From an uncultured Candidatus Rokubacteria bacterium (GTDB lineage: Bacteria > Methylomirabilota > Methylomirabilia > Rokubacteriales > DASRDR01): DNA of 64,000 nucleotides. Below are positions 58,934-64,000 of the stretch, one piece after another (position 1 is the stretch's first letter; every line of letters begins with the position of its first letter). Under the pieces are notes generated by a model that had not been told where the DNA came from, did not search any database, and saw only the letters and a program-made list of their open reading frames with translations. The translations under genes and the position numbers were made by a program. The stretch lies in NCBI GenBank assembly GCA_963805625.1, contig CAWDVE010000019.1, positions 416,001 through 480,000 of the forward strand, read 5' to 3'.

Positions 58934-59776
58934 CTACGCCTTCACGCCGCCCATGGTCAGGCCACCGACGACCCAGCGCTGGCCCACGAGGTACAGAATC
59001 ACCGGCGGCAGCGACATCACGATGGCGCCGGCGAACATCTTTCCCCAGAAGTAGACGTCCTCGCCCACGAACGTGGCGATTCCTGCCGTCACCGTCTGGT
59101 CGACTGGATTGGTGACGAGCACGATCGCGTAGAGGAACTCGTTCCACGAGAGCGTGAAGGAGAACAGCGTGGTGACCACCAGGGCGGGTGCCGCGAGCGG
59201 CAGGGTGATCCGCCAGAGCGCCCCCACGTGGCTGCACCCGTCCACCATGGCCGCCTCCTCCAGTTCGACCGGCAGCGTCCGGAAGTAGCCGATGAGGAGC
59301 CAGGTGCAGAAGGGAACGGTGAAGGTCAGGTATGCGAACAGGAGCGAATTGGTGTTGCCGACGAGGCCGAGGGTCTGCACGAGACTGAACAGGGGGATGA
59401 ACAGCACCGAGGCGGGCACCAGGTAGCTCCAGATCAGAAAGCGTGCGATGAGCTGGCGTCCCCGGAACTTGAGGCGGGTGATCGCGTACGCGGCCGTGCA
59501 GCCGACGACCGCCGACACGACGGTCGTGATCGTCGAGACGTAGAAGCTGTTCCGAAGCTGCCGCAGAAACGGCGAGTCCCAGAAGAGCTCCCGGAAGTGC
59601 GCGAAGGTGATCGGATTGGGGAAGAGGCTCAGCACCGGGCTGTAGAGCTTCTCGTTGGTCGAGAACGCGGTGACGAGGATCCAGTAGATCGGGGCCAGCG
59701 ACCAGAACAGCATGATGGCCAGCGGCGCCCAGATGAAGAAGGCCTTGACGGGATTGCGCTTCGCTCTGCGTGGCAT
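58934..59776 (-). CDS. Carbohydrate ABC permease, MalG-like
   Basis: ELEEAAMVDG, SWNEFL, GGVK. Confidence 0.93.
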   Translation of the reverse strand: MPRRAKRNPVKAFFIWAPLAIMLFWSLAPIYWILVTAFSTNEKLYSPVLSLFPNPITFAHFRELFWDSPFLRQLRNSFYVSTITTVVSAVVGCTAAYAITRLKFRGRQLIARFLIWSYLVPASVLFIPLFSLVQTLGLVGNTNSLLFAYLTFTVPFCTWLLIGYFRTLPVELEEAAMVDGCSHVGALWRITLPLAAPALVVTTLFSFTLSWNEFLYAIVLVTNPVDQTVTAGIATFVGEDVYFWGKMFAGAIVMSLPPVILYLVGQRWVVGGLTMGGVKA

Positions 59777-59778
59777 CC

Positions 59779-60681
59779 TCACTCCTCGGTCCGCAGCATG
59801 CGGCGGGTCAGAAAGAAGATCAGGACCAGGAACAGGGGAAAGAAGCTCAGCGCCACCGCCGCGCCCATCCCCAGCGCCTTGGCGCCGATGGCCTGGGAAT
59901 ACGCCATCATGGGGAACGTCTCGGAGGCGTGGCCCGGGCCGCCCTTCGTCAGGACGAACACCCACTGCAGCTCGGTAGCGGTCCAGATCGCGGAGAGCAA
60001 GGTCGTGATGATGATGACGTTGCTGAGACCGGGAAGGGTGATGTGGAAGAAGCACTGGATCGCGTTGGCGCCGTCGATCTTGGCCGCTTCGTACAGCTCG
60101 GCCGGAATCACCGCCAGCCCCGCCAGGAAATTCATCGTGTAGAAGGGCGTGCCCTCCCACACCACGGCGGCCACGATCATCCAGATGGCGAGCTTGGGAT
60201 CGCCCAGCCAGACGACGTAGGTCTCGATGATCCCCAGCTGGCCGAGCACCATGTTGAGCACGCCGTTCATGTCGTCGAGGATCCAGCGCCAGCTGAAGCC
60301 CGACACGACGATCGGAATGGTCCACGGGAAGAACAGCAGTGCGCGCCATAGCTCGCGGTACTTGATCCCCTCGTTCAGGATGAGAGCCAGCATCAGGCCG
60401 GCGAGGAACTTGAGACCCACCCCCACGACCATGACGATCAGCGTGTTCCGAATCACCTGATAGAAGGTGGGGCTGCCCCACAGCGTGAGGAAGTTCTGAA
60501 AACCGACGAAGGTGCCGGGCGCGCCGATGGGCTTGTTCTGGAGGCTGAGGTAGATGGCGTAGAGGAACGGATAGGCGATCAGGCCCACTAGGACGGCGAT
60601 CGCCGGCAGCAACAGCAGGTAGCCGAGGATCCAGTCCCGGCCCATCACGTCCCGCAGCCGGCGGCGCGGCACCGCTACCAT
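59779..60681 (-). CDS. Carbohydrate ABC permease, MalF-like
   Basis: FVGFQNF, ELYEAAKIDGA, LTKGGPG. Confidence 0.93.
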   Translation of the reverse strand: MVAVPRRRLRDVMGRDWILGYLLLLPAIAVLVGLIAYPFLYAIYLSLQNKPIGAPGTFVGFQNFLTLWGSPTFYQVIRNTLIVMVVGVGLKFLAGLMLALILNEGIKYRELWRALLFFPWTIPIVVSGFSWRWILDDMNGVLNMVLGQLGIIETYVVWLGDPKLAIWMIVAAVVWEGTPFYTMNFLAGLAVIPAELYEAAKIDGANAIQCFFHITLPGLSNVIIITTLLSAIWTATELQWVFVLTKGGPGHASETFPMMAYSQAIGAKALGMGAAVALSFFPLFLVLIFFLTRRMLRTEE

Positions 60682-61058
60682 TCCCACCGTAACCGGACGA
60701 CGGGCGGCGAGCCGGCACCAGGAGCTCCGGAGCCGGCGGGCCGGAATGGCATTGCGGGATCGGCGGAGCCCGTCACAGGAAAAGGGCTCCGCACCGGAAT
60801 CCGCGCCTGCGCGGGGCGACCGCCCGAGCATGGGCGAGGAGAAGGCCCATTCTCGACACCGAGCCTCCTACGGCGCGCCTTCCTCATGAGTTGGCACTCC
60901 GGTCAGGCGGACGATACCCCATGAGCAGCTCGCATACCAGCGTGGAGCGAGGCGAGCCTGCTGATCGGCCGACGCGCGTGCGGCGTCTCTCCAGAACGCC
61001 GTCGTGCTGAGCGGTGCTCTCTCGGCGTCGGTGTGCGGTGCGAACGTGAGTGGCTGTC

Positions 61059-61829
61059 TCAGGGCTGCCCACGCGACGCCGTCAGGTCAAGATCGGCGAG
61101 GCGCACGACGAGGGTCGTGACGTTGTCGTGGGCACCGGCGGCGAGCGCGGCGGCGATCAGCGCGTCGGCGCCGGCCTGGGCGGTGGCGCCCAGTCGCACG
61201 ACGCGGGCGGCGTCCTCGACGCTCAGAACGTCCCACACGCCGTCGGTCGCGGCCACGAGGGCCACATCGTCGGTCCCGAGCGCGTGGCGGCCGACCTCGG
61301 GCTCCGGGATCACGCCGACCGGCCGGAACCAGCGGTCGCCGAGGCTCCGGGTCATCATGAGCCCTCGGTCTCCCCGGACGACGTAGGGCGGGTCGAGCTC
61401 GGCCCCCATCCGGAGGACGCGCGCCCGCTCGTCGGCGACGTCGATCCGGTGATCGCGCGTCAGGCCCTCGGATCCCGCCTTGCCGACTCGCACGACGCGG
61501 CTGTCTCCCACGTGGGCCGTGACCAGTCCCTCTCCGGTGAGCAGGAGGGCCGCAACCGTCGAGCCGCAGTCGGGGTCAGCCGTCGCCGCCTCCAGCTCGT
61601 CGAACGCCTGCCGGAGGGCGTCGGCCGGAGGGAGCCCGGCCCGGAGCGCGCGAAGGACCGCGAGATGAAGGGCGGCGGCGGCGCGGTCCGCAACCTGGGA
61701 GCCGCCGTGGCCGTCGTAGACGGCGGCGAACAGCCCGCCGGGCGTGACCTGCACCGCCCAGCGGTCTTCCATGTAGGGGCGCCGCCCGATATCGGCGGCG
61801 GCGCCGACCCCGGGCGGCAGCGCCGTCAC
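61059..61829 (-). CDS. PP2C/PPM Ser/Thr phosphatase
   Basis: RPYMED, YDGHGG, GST, VGDSR, LTRDH, RSLGD, ATDGVWD, DN; GTGA overlap with upstream gene. Confidence 0.9.
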   Translation of the reverse strand: MTALPPGVGAAADIGRRPYMEDRWAVQVTPGGLFAAVYDGHGGSQVADRAAAALHLAVLRALRAGLPPADALRQAFDELEAATADPDCGSTVAALLLTGEGLVTAHVGDSRVVRVGKAGSEGLTRDHRIDVADERARVLRMGAELDPPYVVRGDRGLMMTRSLGDRWFRPVGVIPEPEVGRHALGTDDVALVAATDGVWDVLSVEDAARVVRLGATAQAGADALIAAALAAGAHDNVTTLVVRLADLDLTASRGQP

Positions 61830-62269
61830 GGCTTCGGGCGCGTGAGCGGAGCGAGGCGGGGGCTCCCCGCCCACTCCGAGACGCCGTCGTCGTCTTCGAT
61901 GATGACGTAGAAGACCGTGGGGCCGAAGGCGTCCGCGGTGTCGCCCCAGACCCGGGCGAGAAGCGCCCGCCTCCCGGAATCTGAGTCCGCGAGGATCAGG
62001 ACGATGTAGTCTTTCGTCCCGTCCCGATCGACGTCAACGATGCCCGGCGGCATTGCCTCCTCCCAGCGCTCCGTTCCCGTCCGGAAGCGAAGCGGCTCAC
62101 CGTCGGGCGCGAGCGCCATCGGGCGCTCGGTGGCGGAATCGAGCTTGGCCAGAATTTCGGGCGGGAGGATGTCCACCTGGGCGAGGACGGCCGTCGGTGC
62201 GGCGGCGACGAGGCCGGCGATGGCCAGCAGGCGGACCGGGCGGCGCCACGCACCGGAGCGCACGGGCAT
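61826..62269 (-). CDS. Hypothetical secreted protein with a Ca-binding-like loop
   Basis: Signal peptide; DVDRDGTKD; tight coupling to neighbouring genes. Confidence 0.65.
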   Translation of the reverse strand: MPVRSGAWRRPVRLLAIAGLVAAAPTAVLAQVDILPPEILAKLDSATERPMALAPDGEPLRFRTGTERWEEAMPPGIVDVDRDGTKDYIVLILADSDSGRRALLARVWGDTADAFGPTVFYVIIEDDDGVSEWAGSPRLAPLTRPKP

Positions 62270-62276
62270 GCCTAAG

Positions 62277-63128
62277 TTAGGTGCCGCCCGTCCGGCGGAT
62301 CTCGTCCAGGACCGGCAAGAGGTACGTGCGGAAACGCCCAGGGTGCTCGCTCATCGGGAAGTGGCCGAGCTCCTTCATGATCGTGAGGCGTGCGCCGGGG
62401 ATCCGGGCCGCGGTCGCCCGCGTGTCGTCAGGCGTGCACGAGAAGTCGTACTCGCCGGTCAGGAGGTAGAGCGGGCATCGCGACGTGTCGATGCGGCCGA
62501 CGCGGTCGCGCAGGTCGCCCTCGGCCCGGTAGAAGTGGAGGTCGCCGCGGAAGACGCCGGGCCCGCCCTGGGCGTACATCCAGAGCGTCTCCCACCGCGC
62601 CTCGGCCGGGGCCTGGGGTGCGATGAGGCCCGACATCAGCGCGCTGCACAGCTCGCCCCCGTGGACGTCGGGGCGGTGGAGCCACGAGGTGTCGTCGTAC
62701 CACGGCGCCTGGTAGGCGGCGGCCTCGAGGCCGATCAGGGCGCGAAAGCGCTCGGGTGCGCGGAGGGCCAGCTCCAGCACGATCTTGCCGCCGATCGAGC
62801 AGCCGAGGACGGCTGGCCGCTCGAGTCCGAGCGCCTGGCAGAAGGTGAAGATCAGCTCGACGTAGGCCGCCGTGGTGAGCCGATACTCCTCATCCTCCCA
62901 GCCTGCGGGGGGCAGGGACTTCCCGTGACGCGGCATGTCGAATGCCAGGACACGCCAGTGTCGCGTCACGGTCTCGTCGGTCATGAGATGCCGGAACTGC
63001 CGCCCGTCCGCGCCCGCCGTGTGGAGGCAGACGAGCGGCGAACCCTCGCCGGCCTCCTCGAAGTATACGCGATGGGGACGCCCGTCGAGGGTGAGGTGGA
63101 GGTAGCGTCCCACGATCGGCTCGAGCAC
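62277..63128 (-). CDS. Alpha/beta hydrolase
   Basis: CLHTAG, DMPRHGKS, GCSIGG, GEYD, GHFPMSE; start approximate. Confidence 0.88.
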   Translation of the reverse strand: MLEPIVGRYLHLTLDGRPHRVYFEEAGEGSPLVCLHTAGADGRQFRHLMTDETVTRHWRVLAFDMPRHGKSLPPAGWEDEEYRLTTAAYVELIFTFCQALGLERPAVLGCSIGGKIVLELALRAPERFRALIGLEAAAYQAPWYDDTSWLHRPDVHGGELCSALMSGLIAPQAPAEARWETLWMYAQGGPGVFRGDLHFYRAEGDLRDRVGRIDTSRCPLYLLTGEYDFSCTPDDTRATAARIPGARLTIMKELGHFPMSEHPGRFRTYLLPVLDEIRRTGGT

Positions 63129-63133
63129 GGGAA

Positions 63134-63526
63134 TCAGCTCCCGACCCGCTCGCGACGGGGCGCCGCGAGGACGTCCTTCACGTAGCGGAGGTGTGCCATC
63201 AGAGGCCAGAGGTCGCCCTCGATGCGCGCGACGCCGAGCTTCTTCATCGCGAAGAGGTCGTGGTAGCCCGGCTCGGGCAGCCGCTGCCAGAAGCGCGCCC
63301 ACGCGTCGGCCGATGCCCGCACCGCGAAGGTCCACGAGCGCAGCAGGAACGGGCCGCGCTCGACCGTGGTCAGGCGCCCCGCGGCCACGTGGACCAGGTA
63401 CTCCGTGTCGTCCACGGCCAGGAGGAAGCTGATGGTGAGCCGCTGACCTCGCCGGACGAGGCCCTCATCGGCGTTGACGAGGTCCGGGAGGCGGACGATC
63501 GTCCCTTCGATCCCGGGCGGACGCAC
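63134..63526 (-). CDS. Small SCP2-like protein
   Basis: LVNAD..LVRRG, W..FW...P.PGYHDL, IEGDL; GTG 6 nt after a TATCAT -10 element. Confidence 0.7.
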   Translation of the reverse strand: MRPPGIEGTIVRLPDLVNADEGLVRRGQRLTISFLLAVDDTEYLVHVAAGRLTTVERGPFLLRSWTFAVRASADAWARFWQRLPEPGYHDLFAMKKLGVARIEGDLWPLMAHLRYVKDVLAAPRRERVGS

Positions 63527-63625
63527 GGCGGCATGATAGCCTAGGGTACCTTCCCTGAGGAGCGGGCGTCTCCGTGTCGCCTGCCAGCTTCGGGCCCTGC
63601 GTCGAGATTCCGGATGGAGGAAGCC

Positions 63626-64000
63626 ATGGCTCGGACGGTCGAGCCCGAATTCGTCGGCCGGACATACGACGACTTCCTGTTCCGCCCCCAGGCGAGCCCG
63701 CTCGCCTCTCGGCGCGAGGTCTCGCTCGGGACGCGGCTGACGCGGCGCTTGACGCTCGAGCTGCCCCTGATCTCCGCCAACATGGACAGCGTCACCGACG
63801 CGCGGATGGCGGTGGCGATGGCCCTCGAGGGCGGGCTCGGCTTCGTGCACCGGGGGCTGCCGATCGCGGCCCAGGCGGCGGAGGTGGCGCGCGTCAAGCG
63901 AACGCAGGGCCACGTCGTCGACCGGCCCTTCTGCCTGGCGCGCGGGAGCAGCGTCCGGGAAGCGCGCGAGCTCGCGCGACGGCACAACGTCACTGGCCTC
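63626..64000 (+). CDS. guaB: IMP dehydrogenase family protein (5' part; runs off the window)
   Basis: TYDDFLFRP, LPLISANMDSVT, GGLGFVHR, QAAEVARVKR; GGAGG RBS. Confidence 0.85.
   Translation, partial: MARTVEPEFVGRTYDDFLFRPQASPLASRREVSLGTRLTRRLTLELPLISANMDSVTDARMAVAMALEGGLGFVHRGLPIAAQAAEVARVKRTQGHVVDRPFCLARGSSVREARELARRHNVTGL

Noticed and set aside
1-64000. CRISPR arrays, tRNA/rRNA, prophage or defence systems
   Set aside because: No regularly spaced repeats, cloverleafs, integrase, or phage or defence motifs seen by eye; a lone SNase is insufficient. Small ncRNAs cannot be excluded without Infernal

Overview
This is a high-GC (about 70% by eye) diderm bacterial window. Its gene content resembles Candidatus Rokubacteria (Methylomirabilota), which is an inference. 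It holds about 60 intact genes. Transport genes dominate: two CUT1 sugar-type ABC clusters without an ATPase, TctABC, an Opp/Dpp ABC system, a MacAB-like exporter and an MFS. Metabolic genes include ppdK, gltA, an ACT-malic enzyme, partial guaB, two LLM oxidoreductases, SDRs, a MOSC protein and a truncated globin. There are several decayed loci, including an IS630 relic, an MtrB/PioB-like relic, an MDR tail, a PaaK-like pseudogene and deletion scars. No rRNA, tRNA or CRISPR array was seen. The most notable signals: (1) five sigma-54-type -24/-12 promoters, two of them inside a duplicated ~155-bp enhancer-promoter module whose spacing differs by exactly 10 bp, placed ahead of CBS and USP-gltA-malic enzyme genes; (2) a sigma-54-preceded DksA homolog with Ala at the critical Asp74 position; (3) a periplasmic adaptor whose helical hairpin is doubled on both arms; (4) a 103-bp AT-rich element with 28-bp inverted repeats that supplies the oppD stop codon and the nearest oppF ATG. 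All calls come from reading motifs by eye; no database searches were run.
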